Notes: generated by a model not told the origin, from the sequence alone. A stretch of 64,000 bases of DNA from Woeseiaceae bacterium (GCA_965232455.1 OZ246981.1:3963911-4027910), one strand, 5' to 3'; positions 18,950-27,597 are shown, counted from the first letter of the stretch. Numbers and translations: made by a program.

Positions 18950-20260
18950 ATGAGCCGTACGATCATCATCATGGGAGCGGCGGGACGCGACTTCCACGTG
19001 TTCAACTGCTGTTATCGCGACAACCCCGAATTCCGCGCGGTCGCATTCACGGCAACTCAGATCCCGCACATAGAGAACCGCGCTTATCCCGCCTCGCTGG
19101 CCGGCTCACTTTACCCGGACGGCATCCCGATCCGGCCGGAGGACGAACTCGACGACCTCATCGTCGAACACGCGATCGACGAGGTGGTTTTTGCCTACTC
19201 CGACGTCAGCAACGCCTACGTCGACGAGCGCCGGCGGCAGGTGGAAGCGCACGGCGTCACGTTCTCGACCTTCGACGTCGACGCGACGATGTTGCCGTCG
19301 TCGAGGCCGGTCATCGCGATCAATGCCATCCGCACCGGCTGCGGCAAAAGCCAGACGTCGAGGCGAGTCACACACATCCTAAAAGACCTGGGCAAGAAGA
19401 CCGTGGCCATCCGCCACCCGATGCCCTACGGCGATCTTGCCAAACAGGCGGTGCAACGCTTCGCAACGATGGACGACCTCGACCGGCACGAGTGCACGAT
19501 CGAGGAACGGGAAGAGTATGAGCCGCACATCCGGAACGGCGTCATCGTGTACGCCGGGATCGACTACGCGGCGATACTGGCCGAGGCGGAAAAGGAGGCG
19601 GACGTCATCGTCTGGGACGGCGGTAACAACGACACGCCGTTTTACAGGCCGGACCTGTGGATCGCCGTCACCGACCCGCACCGGGTCGGCCACGAATTCG
19701 ACTACTTCCCAGGGACCGTGAACTTCGAGCGCGCCGACCTGATACTTGTCAACAAAGTGGACTCGGCCGATGCGGCGAACGTCGAGGCCATTGTCGAGAA
19801 CGCGAAGAACGCGAACCCCGGTTCGATCATTGTCCGCGCCAACTCGCCGCTCGACGTTCCGGACCCGGGCGAGATCGCCGGCAAGCGCGTGCTTGCGGTG
19901 GAGGACGGACCGACGACGACACACGGCGGCATGCCGTTCGGTGCCGGTGTGCTGGCGGCGAGGCAGAACGGCGCCGCGGAAATCGTCGACCCGCGTCCCT
20001 GGGCGGTGGGCGAGATCGCCGAGACGTTCGAGCATTACCCCGAGACAGGGCCGTTGCTGCCGGCCATGGGTTACGGCGAGGCGCAGGTGCGCGACCTCGA
20101 AGCGACGATCAACGCCGTCGATTGCGATCTCGTGCTGGTCGCCACGCCGATCGATCTGACGCGGATTCTGAAGATCAACAAGCGGTTTCAGCGAATCGGG
20201 TATCGCCTCGCCGAGGAAGGTGATGCGCTCGTGGAGGCGGTGCGCAAGGCCGCGGGCTGA
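18950..20260 (+). CDS. P-loop protein of the cyclic 2,3-diphosphoglycerate synthetase-like family
   Basis: GAGG RBS before ATG 18950. Walker A-like IRTGCGKSQTS. The family assignment is tentative. Confidence 0.3.
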   Translation: MSRTIIIMGAAGRDFHVFNCCYRDNPEFRAVAFTATQIPHIENRAYPASLAGSLYPDGIPIRPEDELDDLIVEHAIDEVVFAYSDVSNAYVDERRRQVEAHGVTFSTFDVDATMLPSSRPVIAINAIRTGCGKSQTSRRVTHILKDLGKKTVAIRHPMPYGDLAKQAVQRFATMDDLDRHECTIEEREEYEPHIRNGVIVYAGIDYAAILAEAEKEADVIVWDGGNNDTPFYRPDLWIAVTDPHRVGHEFDYFPGTVNFERADLILVNKVDSADAANVEAIVENAKNANPGSIIVRANSPLDVPDPGEIAGKRVLAVEDGPTTTHGGMPFGAGVLAARQNGAAEIVDPRPWAVGEIAETFEHYPETGPLLPAMGYGEAQVRDLEATINAVDCDLVLVATPIDLTRILKINKRFQRIGYRLAEEGDALVEAVRKAAG

Positions 20261-20272
20261 GTCGGCGAAGCT

Positions 20273-20299
20273 CGTACCGGCCGTTCGCCGGTACGTTTT
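20273..20299 (+). terminator. Rho-independent terminator
   Basis: 9-bp stem CGTACCGGC/GCCGGTACG with a 5-nt loop, followed by TTTTG. Confidence 0.55.
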
Positions 20300-20303
20300 G
20301 CGA

Positions 20304-20909
20304 CTAAGCCTGCCAGCTGGATCGATGTCTCACGGCGTCCGCCCATTGGTTCACGTGCCTGCAGTCATCGGGGACGGGAAGATCGAGGGCGTCCGCGATC
20401 ATCAGGACCGTCATCCCTTGCACGTCGGCCATCGAGAACTCCTTTCCCGCGATGAACGGCCTTCCGTCGGACATCTCGCGATCCAGCCAACGCCATCTGC
20501 CGGGCATCGCCTCGCGCTGCGTCTCGGCAAAAGCAGGCACCTGATCGACGACGTCGGCAAAGAGTGACAGCGTATGGCGTACGAACAGGCCGTAGGTCAT
20601 AAAAAGCTGGGCATAGATCCGCTGGCTCCACATTTCGATATGGCCCTGCTCGGCGGCGTGCCGCCCCATCAGCGCCGGATCGGGATACGCGGCTTCGAGG
20701 TATCGGCAAATGGCGAGGCTTTCGGTGATGATCTGTCCGTCGTCGAGCTCCAACACCGGTAGTTCGCGCAGCGAATTGATGGCTCGAAACTCGGCTGAAC
20801 GTGTACCGGCGGGAATCTCGACTTCGATGCGGGGGATCTGAATGCCCTTTTCCGCGATGAAGATCCGCACGCGTTTCGTGTTGCCGGAGTGCGCGTTATA
20901 GAGTTTCAT
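20304..20909 (-). CDS. Glutathione S-transferase
   Basis: N-terminal thioredoxin-like GST fold (SAEFRAINSLRELPVLELDDG) and C-terminal helical GST domain. Confidence 0.8.
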   Translation of the reverse strand: MKLYNAHSGNTKRVRIFIAEKGIQIPRIEVEIPAGTRSAEFRAINSLRELPVLELDDGQIITESLAICRYLEAAYPDPALMGRHAAEQGHIEMWSQRIYAQLFMTYGLFVRHTLSLFADVVDQVPAFAETQREAMPGRWRWLDREMSDGRPFIAGKEFSMADVQGMTVLMIADALDLPVPDDCRHVNQWADAVRHRSSWQA

Positions 20910-21391
20910 TGGCTCGTCGATTCTTCCAGAAAGTCATCGAGCGCTTGGAGCCCGCCGCTCCAGCCGCCGGTGAGGGCGCGGCGCGCCTCTTCGGTTTGCA
21001 GGCGTTCATGAGTGACGCGGACCTCGACACCGTCGTCGCGGCGATTGAAGTCCACGGTGACACGTGTCGGCGCGCCGTTTTCGTCTCGCCACCCTTTGAC
21101 CTGTTCTTCGGAGGCCCAGGTAAACACCAGCCTGTGCGGCGGACTGATCTCGACAAAAACGCCGAAATGGTGGAAGACGACGTCGTTCGGACCGATCATC
21201 CGAAAACGCCACTCGCCTCCGACCCGCGGATCGTGCGTCAGCACCTCCATGCGAAAACCGGGAGGACCGAACCATTGTTCCAATGACGGGGGATTGATCC
21301 AGGCGTCGTAGGCCGCCTCCACGGACGTGGGATACACGCGGCTGACGCTGACCGTCGGGGGCGAATCGATGGCGTCGGCCTTCGACGTCAT
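20906..21391 (-). CDS. SRPBCC/AHSA1-domain protein (activator of Hsp90 ATPase homologue-like)
   Basis: Typical AHSA1 length and motifs. The start at MTSKAD overlaps the ArsR stop by 4 nt, the classic ArsR-AHSA1 pairing. Confidence 0.65.
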   Translation of the reverse strand: MTSKADAIDSPPTVSVSRVYPTSVEAAYDAWINPPSLEQWFGPPGFRMEVLTHDPRVGGEWRFRMIGPNDVVFHHFGVFVEISPPHRLVFTWASEEQVKGWRDENGAPTRVTVDFNRRDDGVEVRVTHERLQTEEARRALTGGWSGGLQALDDFLEESTSQ

Positions 21392-21738
21392 TCCTTGACC
21401 TCGAGAAAGTCGCCGAGGGAATCGAGCTTCTGCTCCCAAAACTTGCGGTAGTGCAGGACCCAGTCGAAGACTTCCGCCAGCGGCTCTGCATTCAGACGGC
21501 AGCGGATTTTCCGGCCTTCCTTGATGCGGCTCGCAAGGCCGGTGTTTTCGAGAACCTGTATGTGCCGGGAGACGGCGGCGAAGGACATGTCATGCGGCTC
21601 GGTCAATTCGGACACGTAGGCGTCGCCCAGCGCGAGCCGCGCAATAATCGCGCGCCTCGTGGGATCGGCCAGCGCTGCGAATACACCGTCCAGGTGCGAT
21701 CTCGATTGACGGGACAGGGTCTTTCTCCGGATATTCAA
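21388..21738 (-). CDS. ArsR/SmtB family transcriptional regulator
   Basis: LADPTRRAIIARLALGDAYVSEL...SRHIQVLENTGL HTH signature. Confidence 0.8.
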   Translation of the reverse strand: MNIRRKTLSRQSRSHLDGVFAALADPTRRAIIARLALGDAYVSELTEPHDMSFAAVSRHIQVLENTGLASRIKEGRKIRCRLNAEPLAEVFDWVLHYRKFWEQKLDSLGDFLEVKE

Positions 21739-21830
21739 CGAAATTGTAAAATAAACGAATCGCTGCAGTTATTCAACAACTTTGTTGAATATTATGCTGG
21801 ATAGCGACGCTTGCAGAGACCCTGCGAGCC

Positions 21831-22571
21831 TCAGATCAGCGAACCGCGTTTTTTCTCACGACGGATCGCGTGCCACGGAATGAGGACGCCGAGAACGCCA
21901 TAGAATATCCCGGGAACGGCCAGAAGGTTGGCGGGCAACACGGCGGCCAGGAGAATGGAAACCAGTGGAACCGCCACGTTCAACCACCAATGTTGTTCGG
22001 CCGTCTGCGTGTCGAATACTTCAAGAGCGTTCAACGACAGGCTGTCGCGCTGCGAGCGCGCATATCGATTGAGCATCACGATGATGCCCGAAAGCGCCGC
22101 GTATCCGATGCCGAAGATCGTATACATTGAGCGCAGATCCCCGCTCGAGCCAATCGTGAAATACGAGTCGAGAACCCCGCCTGTGAAGAAATCAATCGCA
22201 CCAGAATAGATCGCCCGGAGAGGGTATACGTAGATGAGCACCGCGAAGATCAGCAGGAGGCTGATCAGGACGGCTCTGGCGTCCTCCAGACCGAATCGCC
22301 TGCTCCAGATGTGGTGGGCGTACCAAAACAGCATGATGTTGGCGAAGCTCGCGGCGAATGCGGGAATCTGTTTCATTGCGCCGATCATTGCGTCGAAGTC
22401 CTGCGGTATGGAATCGCCACCTCCGACGACCAGGAGCGTCACGGCAAATGCGAAGGCGGCGTCCGTAAAGGTCTCCAGTCGCGTTGTTTCGGCGCCGCGC
22501 TGCCGGAATCCGTTGACAACCGGCATGGGCCGCGTCTCAACGCCGCTCACAAGAGGAGTTCCCGGAGTCAC
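21831..22571 (-). CDS. DUF1211/TMEM175-family membrane protein
   Basis: RLETFTDAAFAFAVTLLV motif and multi-TM organisation. Confidence 0.55.
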   Translation of the reverse strand: MTPGTPLVSGVETRPMPVVNGFRQRGAETTRLETFTDAAFAFAVTLLVVGGGDSIPQDFDAMIGAMKQIPAFAASFANIMLFWYAHHIWSRRFGLEDARAVLISLLLIFAVLIYVYPLRAIYSGAIDFFTGGVLDSYFTIGSSGDLRSMYTIFGIGYAALSGIIVMLNRYARSQRDSLSLNALEVFDTQTAEQHWWLNVAVPLVSILLAAVLPANLLAVPGIFYGVLGVLIPWHAIRREKKRGSLI

Positions 22572-22858
22572 TTACGAATGGAACGAACACAAGCCCCCTA
22601 CCGTTCGTACGCCGTATGTCCGCGGCCCTTGCCGCCACCCGCAGGACCGATCGCCGAATGATAGCACCGTGACGCGGACGGACGGCAAACAGGTCGGCGC
22701 AAACCTCTCGAACGACCTATGTTCTGTTAAATTTCGCTTGATAGCTGCCCGTTGCTGTCATAGTTTGGCTGTAGTGACAAAGGCAAACCCGTCGAAAGAC
22801 GGGGACGCAAAACCACCGGTCTAAGGACGTTCTTCGTCTACGACAGCGGAGTCGCCGG

Positions 22859-24073
22859 ATGAACCTAGCGGACACAGGGTTGCGCAAACAACCGTTTCGT
22901 ACCCATGGCAAGCCACTGGTGCTTGTGCCGTATGCCGCACAGAGAAACGCCGCCCGGTTTCTCGACGATACCTGCGTCAACAAACACGGCCTGGGACTAT
23001 TTCACGGCCCGCCCCTCTCGGGAAAAACGACGATCGTGCAGCAATTCGCAAGTTCGCTGCCGCGCGACCACGCAGTTGCCGTCGTCGATGGAGCGCGCAC
23101 GGATCCGGACAAGCTACTGAAGCAGATTCTGAGCCAGTTCGGTTACGACCAGGGCGTCAATACGGCCAGTGAACGTTTCAACATGATCCGGGTGGTCGCC
23201 TTGCAGCAGGCCGCAACCGGCCGGCCGCCGGTGCTCGTCATCGAGAACGTCCACAAGATGACGCCGATACTGCTGGAGATGCTTTGCGAGCTGGCCGAGA
23301 TGTCGGTCGATAGAACCAGCGCACTCAGGATCATTCTTGTGAGTGATCATCCGATGCTGCCCATTGTGGAAGCGCCGGCGATGCAATCGATCGAGAACCG
23401 CCTGACCGGCAAGTTCCTCTTGAAGCCGTTGACGCGGACCGAGACGGCTATTTACGCGCACAAGAAACTCAAGAGCGGCGGCTGTTACAACCCGAGGGCC
23501 GTGATGCCGCCGGCGGTGTGCAATCGCTTGCATTCGGCGTCGGGCGGCTGGCCCGGCGTTATCGACCGGCTGGCAATGATGGCGCTGGCGAAAGCCGAAC
23601 ACGTTCCCTTGCTGGTCGAACACATCCCGAAAAGGCTCCAGAAAGACAAGAAGCCACCCAACGTCGTCACCCCCCCACCGCAGCTCATCCTGACCTACAA
23701 GCACAAGATGCTGGGAAAGATCAGTCTCGACAGGCCGCGCTATTTGATCGGCCGAAACGCGCATTGCGAAATCGAGATCGTCCACGAATGGATCAGCCGG
23801 CAACACGCCATCATCGTCCGCAACAAGAAGTCCACCGTGATCGTGGACCTGAAGAGTCGCAACGGGACGTACGTTAATGACCAACGCGTCAAGAGCCACG
23901 TCCTCATCAACAACGACATCGTTTCCCTGGGCGATCATCGCCTCAAATTCGTCGACCCGTCGGCCACACACCGGACCAGCCTGCGCGGCGCCGGATGGGA
24001 CGCCACCACGCTGACCCAATCTATCCGGGATTCTCGCAAGGTGTTGATCAGGAAGTTGAGGAGGACGAGTTGA
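22859..24073 (+). CDS. AAA ATPase (ExeA/GspA-like) with C-terminal FHA domain
   Basis: Walker A GPPLSGKTT, then an ExeA-like AAA region. The C-terminal region has an FHA-like beta-sandwich pattern (RYLIGRN...NGTYVN). Confidence 0.55.
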   Translation: MNLADTGLRKQPFRTHGKPLVLVPYAAQRNAARFLDDTCVNKHGLGLFHGPPLSGKTTIVQQFASSLPRDHAVAVVDGARTDPDKLLKQILSQFGYDQGVNTASERFNMIRVVALQQAATGRPPVLVIENVHKMTPILLEMLCELAEMSVDRTSALRIILVSDHPMLPIVEAPAMQSIENRLTGKFLLKPLTRTETAIYAHKKLKSGGCYNPRAVMPPAVCNRLHSASGGWPGVIDRLAMMALAKAEHVPLLVEHIPKRLQKDKKPPNVVTPPPQLILTYKHKMLGKISLDRPRYLIGRNAHCEIEIVHEWISRQHAIIVRNKKSTVIVDLKSRNGTYVNDQRVKSHVLINNDIVSLGDHRLKFVDPSATHRTSLRGAGWDATTLTQSIRDSRKVLIRKLRRTS

Positions 24074-24357
24074 AGAGACGTACCGACCGGACCGTGAGGT
24101 TTGCGCTGAAAGACGGCACGCTCCGAATGCTCGATACGCTTGACAATCCGGATTCGAGGCGTATAGTGCGCGGCCCTATGATCAATTTCATCAACAACGT
24201 GGTGTTTGCAACCGGACCCGGTACCCGGCCGCACGGCATTCGTGCGTCTCGACTCCGAGCGGTTCCTGTGACTCCGAACGTCGGAGCCACGATGCGTTAG
24301 CCTTCCCGTCTTTGTTGCTGGAGGGCTCATGAGAATGACCCCTTCCAGCGCTGAAAG

Positions 24358-24393
24358 AGCCCTGGTTGGACGTCCAATCAGGGCTTTTTTATT
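24358..24393 (+). terminator. Rho-independent terminator
   Basis: Extended stem AGCCCTGGTTGGA...TCCAATCAGGGCT, followed by TTTTTTATT. Confidence 0.6.
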
Positions 24394-24429
24394 GCCCGGA
24401 AAATCAACAAGACACAAAGGAGGACAGCC

Positions 24430-25293
24430 ATGACTAAGCTTGAGAAAACGAAGCTGAACGGGTCGCCGACGCTGACTGGCATCTGGCTGACCTACCGACA
24501 GAAGATCCTGGCGACGATGAGCATGCTGACACTCGAGCGGCTCTGCGACGTTGCCGTGCCGTTCGTGTTGGGCATCGCGATCAACGACCTCATCGCAGGA
24601 AGCTATCGCGGCATCTGGCTGCTTGCCGCGCTCGAGCTGACCGTGTTGACGATCGGCACGTTGCGTCGGCTGTACGACACGCGCGTCTACGCACGCATGT
24701 ACACCGAAATCGCCGACCGGACGGCGAAGACGTCGACGTTGCCGGTAACCAAGCGGGCCGCAAGGCTGCAGCTCGGACGGGAACTCGTCGACTTTTTCGA
24801 GTGGGAGCTGCCGCAGCTCGTCGCGGCGATAATCGGGATCGTCGGAGCGTTCGCGATGTTGCTGTATCTGCTGCCGCTCGTCGGCGGGATCAGCGTGCTG
24901 ATTGCCGGATTGATCGGGCTGGTGTTCGTCGCGAGCAAACGCCGCATGTTCGGGCTCAACAAGCTCTTGAACAACGAGCTGGAACGGCAGGTCACGATGC
25001 TCGAGCGCGATACGGACATTTCGCGCCACCTGCATCTTGGCCGGCTCGCAAGATGGCGTATTCACCTGTCGGACATGGAGGCAGCCAACTTCGCGTTGGC
25101 AGAGCTGATGCTGGCCGCACTGATCATCGGTGCCGTCGTCATCACGACCGGGACGGGAATGTCGGTAGGCGGGGTATTCGCCGTGCTGACTTACCTGATC
25201 GACCTGGCGGAAGGACTCATTGTCCTGCCATGGACGTATATGCAGTCAATCCGTGCTCAGGAGATCGGTGGCCGTATGGCGGCTTCGCAATGA
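24430..25293 (+). CDS. ABC exporter transmembrane domain protein lacking a nucleotide-binding domain
   Basis: Six-TM ABC_membrane-like profile over 287 aa. No NBD in the ORF or downstream. Confidence 0.45.
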   Translation: MTKLEKTKLNGSPTLTGIWLTYRQKILATMSMLTLERLCDVAVPFVLGIAINDLIAGSYRGIWLLAALELTVLTIGTLRRLYDTRVYARMYTEIADRTAKTSTLPVTKRAARLQLGRELVDFFEWELPQLVAAIIGIVGAFAMLLYLLPLVGGISVLIAGLIGLVFVASKRRMFGLNKLLNNELERQVTMLERDTDISRHLHLGRLARWRIHLSDMEAANFALAELMLAALIIGAVVITTGTGMSVGGVFAVLTYLIDLAEGLIVLPWTYMQSIRAQEIGGRMAASQ

Positions 25294-25429
25294 GCGTGCG
25301 TGGCTCCCGGTCGGGAGCCACGCTCGACTCGAACTGGCGACCCGGGGAAACAACGAAGATCGAACCGCTACAGGTACTCCGGCTTTTTGTGTTATACAAG
25401 CCAAACTCCGATTCACTTTGTAATAGCCA

Positions 25430-25828
25430 TTGCGCGACGAACCACTCAACATCGCCGGCCGAATTCGTGCCGCTCGTATGCGCGCGCAGATGGAACCGGC
25501 CGCCCTGAGAGCGGCGTTGCGCGAATACGGGATCGACCTGTCCAAGACCGGTTTGCACCGACTCGAAACAACCGAACCCAAGAACCCGAACCTGAGGATC
25601 ATCGAGGCGATAGCGGAGATCACCAACGTGTCTCCAGGATGGATCCTCTTTGGAAAAGGCCCAAGCGTTCCCGATACGGAGGTCGGCTCCGCTATACGCA
25701 ATCGCGTGATTGACACCATTGAGCTGATGGCAGGTGCACTGGATTTAACCGTTCGTCAGGAATCGACGCTACATAATTGGCTGAAATCGGTTCGCACGAC
25801 GAAACCGAAACGCATCAAGAAGCCGTAG
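25430..25828 (+). CDS. XRE-family helix-turn-helix transcriptional regulator
   Basis: HTH region LNIAGRIRAARMRAQMEPAALRAALREYGIDLSKTGLHRLE. Sits immediately upstream of the tRNA array promoter. Confidence 0.6.
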   Translation: MRDEPLNIAGRIRAARMRAQMEPAALRAALREYGIDLSKTGLHRLETTEPKNPNLRIIEAIAEITNVSPGWILFGKGPSVPDTEVGSAIRNRVIDTIELMAGALDLTVRQESTLHNWLKSVRTTKPKRIKKP

Positions 25829-25876
25829 TCGTTCAGACGCTGTTCACTTTTTCGGAACTTCTGTTCACTTTAGTAG

Positions 25877-25904
25877 TTGACAGATCTTTTTCTACGCGTA
25901 TACT
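25877..25904 (+). promoter_or_regulatory. Sigma70-type promoter (TTGACA-16-TATACT) flanked by direct repeats CTGTTCACTTT
   Basis: Near-consensus -35 and -10 hexamers. Two copies of CTGTTCACTTT lie just upstream, a candidate operator for the adjacent XRE regulator. The promoter points into the tRNA array. Confidence 0.5.
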
Positions 25905-26159
25905 CCCGTCCACTATGAATTACTTCATTCAACAACCCGGTTTACCAACCGCCGCCAAACAGCGCTGGCAGTCTTATGCCAACGTCGATGGAGACGGCGG
26001 CGCTCGCCTGTCCGGTATGAACGTCATACCGGCGCATACGGCGTTTAACCGTTGTGATTCGCTCGCCACGATTAGTGGGGAACCGATGACTTAGCCTTCC
26101 TGAGAACATTTCCTGGAAGGCTCGAATATCGAACCTTCCAGGGAAACTCCAACAAGAGA

Positions 26160-26193
26160 CCCCGGTCGGTTCACACCCACCGGGGTTTTTTTA
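26160..26193 (+). terminator. Terminator/attenuator hairpin
   Basis: Stem CCCCGGT/ACCGGGG with a 12-nt loop and a T8 run. A second 9-bp hairpin lies at 26112-26142 (CCTGGAAGG...CCTTCCAGG). Confidence 0.5.
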
Positions 26194-26225
26194 TGCCCGG
26201 CGGAACGCTCTTTAACAATGTGGAT

Positions 26226-26302
26226 TGTGTAGACGTTGGGGCAGAGCCTTTGTCCTCCATGAGGATGGGGAAAGGCTGCGGCACTCAGACTTAGGCCCGT
26301 GC
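26226..26302 (+). ncRNA. Unclassified structured RNA-like element closed by a 10-bp terminal stem
   Basis: GTTGGGGCAG...CTGCCCCAAC encloses about 57 nt with internal hairpins. It is not foldable as a canonical tRNA. Confidence 0.25.
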
Positions 26303-26366
26303 GCGTATGCGCCTGCCCCAACGTGCTGACGTGGATCGACCGCGCGTTTGCCCGAGTCCGGTTCAC

Positions 26367-26525
26367 CGCCAGCAAAGATGTTTCAATGGAGCGGCTATTA
26401 CCGGCGAAATAGCCCGGCTGTAAACCGGGTGCCTCTTGGCTGTGCGGGTTCACCAAACGCGCCAGCGTTTAGGACGCGCGAAGCGCGCCCCGCAGGGGTG
26501 AGAATCGGCGCCAGACGATTCTAAT
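26367..26525 (+). tRNA. tRNA-Tyr(GTA) interrupted by a 76-nt structured module in the T-loop
   Basis: Acceptor GGAGCGG/CTGCTCC, discriminator A and CCA. Anticodon arm CCCGG-CTGTAAA-CCGGG and a long variable arm. After GGTTCA the T-loop is split by AAACGCGCCAGCG...GATTCTAATC. Confidence 0.5.
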
Positions 26526-26603
26526 CAACTCCTACCTGCTCCACCACCCAGATGAGTCGTCCAGGCGACGACGGCGGACTGTTAATCCGCGCTGAGCGAG
26601 GTT
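26526..26603 (+). tRNA. tRNA-Asn(GTT)
   Basis: Acceptor CCCAGAT/ATCTGGG, anticodon arm GCGGA-CTGTTAA-TCCGC, T-arm CGAGG-TTCGAGT-CCTCG, encoded CCA. Directly abuts the previous tRNA. Confidence 0.7.
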
Positions 26604-26604
26604 C

Positions 26605-26678
26605 GAGTCCTCGATCTGGGGCCAAGGCTCTGTGGTGAAATGGGATCACATGCCCCTGTCACGGGCAATTCCGGGGAT
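26605..26678 (+). tRNA. tRNA-Asp(GTC)
   Basis: Acceptor GGCTCTG/TAGAGCC, D GTGA..TCAC, anticodon arm TGCCC-CTGTCAC-GGGCA, T-loop ATCGAAA, CCA. Confidence 0.75.
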
Positions 26679-26684
26679 CGAAAC

Positions 26685-26755
26685 CCCGTAGAGCCGCCAA
26701 ACAACTGTCCGGGTACGGGGTACAGCCGGTCCTTACAAGACCAGCTTGCTGAGTT
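26685..26755 (+). tRNA. tRNA-Val(TAC)
   Basis: Acceptor TGTCCGG/ACGGACA, anticodon loop CTTACAA, T-arm CTGAG-TTCGAGT-CTCAG, CCA. Confidence 0.55.
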
Positions 26756-26762
26756 CGAGTCT

Positions 26763-26848
26763 CAGACGGACAACCAGGTCTATGCGGGTGTGGCGGAAGC
26801 AGGCAGACGCGCCGGGTTCAGATTCCGGTGTCTCATGACGTGTGGTTT
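26763..26848 (+). tRNA. tRNA-Leu(CAG), class II
   Basis: Acceptor GCGGGTG/CACCCGT with G1:U72. Anticodon arm CCGGG-TTCAGAT-TCCGG, variable-arm hairpin GTC-TCAT-GAC, 86 nt, CCA. Confidence 0.55.
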
Positions 26849-26852
26849 CGAG

Positions 26853-26928
26853 GCCCTCCACCCGTACCAGATTGGGGGGTGCTCAAGGGTAAGCTGGTTT
26901 CCCTTGCAAGGAGACTGTATGCGCGGAG
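26853..26928 (+). tRNA. tRNA-Ala(TGC)
   Basis: Acceptor GGGGGGT/ATCCTCC with the G3:U70 identity pair. Anticodon loop CTTGCAA, T-arm CGCGG-AGCGTTA-CCGCG, CCA. Confidence 0.7.
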
Positions 26929-26934
26929 CGTTAC

Positions 26935-27066
26935 CGCGATCCTCCACCAGATGCTGCGGCCGTCGTTTAAAGGCCAGGACAACGGTTGTTGATTCGCGGC
27001 TTCGCCGCTCACCTTTCACGCGTACTCGCTGACGCTCGTACGCCTGTTGGACGATTATGCCGGGTT
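26935..27066 (+). tRNA. tRNA-like gene with about 55-nt internal insertion (identity unresolved)
   Basis: Acceptor GCGGCCG/TGGCCGT with two G:U pairs, T-arm CCGGG-TTCAAGT-CCCGC, CCA. The 132-nt length implies an intervening segment. Confidence 0.35.
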
Positions 27067-27067
27067 C

Positions 27068-27144
27068 AAGTCCCGCTGGCCGTACCACGCTCCTATCGTC
27101 TAGTCGGACCAGGACACCACTCTTTCAAGGTGGAGACCGGGGAT
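27068..27144 (+). tRNA. tRNA-Glu(TTC)
   Basis: Close match to the canonical tRNA-Glu body (GTCTAG..GGAC, CTTTCAA). T-loop variant ATCGTAG, CCA. Confidence 0.8.
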
Positions 27145-27150
27145 CGTAGC

Positions 27151-27219
27151 CCCGTAGGAGTACCAGACAATGTTGAGGTAGCCGAGGAGGCATTTGGACT
27201 GTGACCCCGACTCAGCGGT
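27151..27219 (+). tRNA. tRNA-His-like (GTG), atypical
   Basis: Anticodon loop CTGTGAC. Ambiguous 3' end, no G-1, one acceptor mismatch. Confidence 0.35.
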
Positions 27220-27220
27220 T

Positions 27221-27290
27221 CGAGTCCGCGCCTCACCCCACGATGCGGAGCTGGGAGTACACGCAGGCTGCAACCCTCCGTTCGACGGTT
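27221..27290 (+). tRNA. tRNA-Cys(GCA)
   Basis: Perfect acceptor GATGCGG/CCGCATC, anticodon loop CTGCAAC, T-arm GACGG-TTCGAGT-CCGTC, CCA, 70 nt. Confidence 0.55.
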
Positions 27291-27292
27291 CG

Positions 27293-27356
27293 AGTCCGTC
27301 CCGCATCTCCAACTCTCTGTAGCGTAATTTGGTGACCCGCCCGCAGGGTGAGCGCA
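27293..27356 (+). other. Stand-alone copy of the structured module flanked by a 7-bp terminal stem
   Basis: TCTCTGT...CCCGCAGGGTGAGCGCAGCGAATC...GCAGAGA. Same core as the T-loop inserts. Confidence 0.3.
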
Positions 27357-27367
27357 GCGAATCACTC

Positions 27368-27443
27368 CTGCCGCAGAGACCGGATAACTGCGCTGTAGCT
27401 CAACGGTCAGAGCATCCGTCTGATACACGGGAGGCAGGTGGTT
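27368..27443 (+). tRNA. tRNA-Ile(GAT)
   Basis: D GCTC-AACGGTCA-GAGC, anticodon arm TCCGT-CTGATAC-ACGGG, T GGTGG-TTCGACT-CCACT, CCA. U1:G72. Confidence 0.75.
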
Positions 27444-27444
27444 C

Positions 27445-27515
27445 GACTCCACTCAGCGCGACCACGCTTCGACTGTTAGTGCAGTCCCGTCGTTGCCATC
27501 GACCGGTGCCGGGTG
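27445..27515 (+). tRNA. tRNA-Gly(GCC)
   Basis: Perfect acceptor GCTTCGA/TCGAAGC, anticodon loop TTGCCAT, T-arm CCGGG-TGCGATT-CCCGG, CCA. Confidence 0.6.
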
Positions 27516-27516
27516 C

Positions 27517-27588
27517 GATTCCCGGTCGAAGCTCCACGCCCGACAAGCATTAACGGTGATGCACCGGCTTTGTAACCCGGAGAACGGG
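27517..27588 (+). tRNA. tRNA, probable Thr(TGT); no encoded CCA
   Basis: Acceptor GCCCGAC/GTTGGGC, T-loop ATCGTTA. The anticodon stem is imperfect. Confidence 0.35.
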
Positions 27589-27597
27589 GATCGTTAC

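Noticed and set aside
24066-24299. 78-aa ORF with GAGGAGG RBS and TTG start overlapping the end of the ExeA-like gene
   Set aside because: TTG start, no similarity, and it may simply be the terminator-proximal untranslated region. Left uncalled.
26500-26525. tmRNA 3' end (…CTCCACCA) near 26515
   Set aside because: No tag-peptide reading frame or tmRNA pseudoknot pattern. The sequence is fully explained as the acceptor end of the interrupted tRNA-Tyr.
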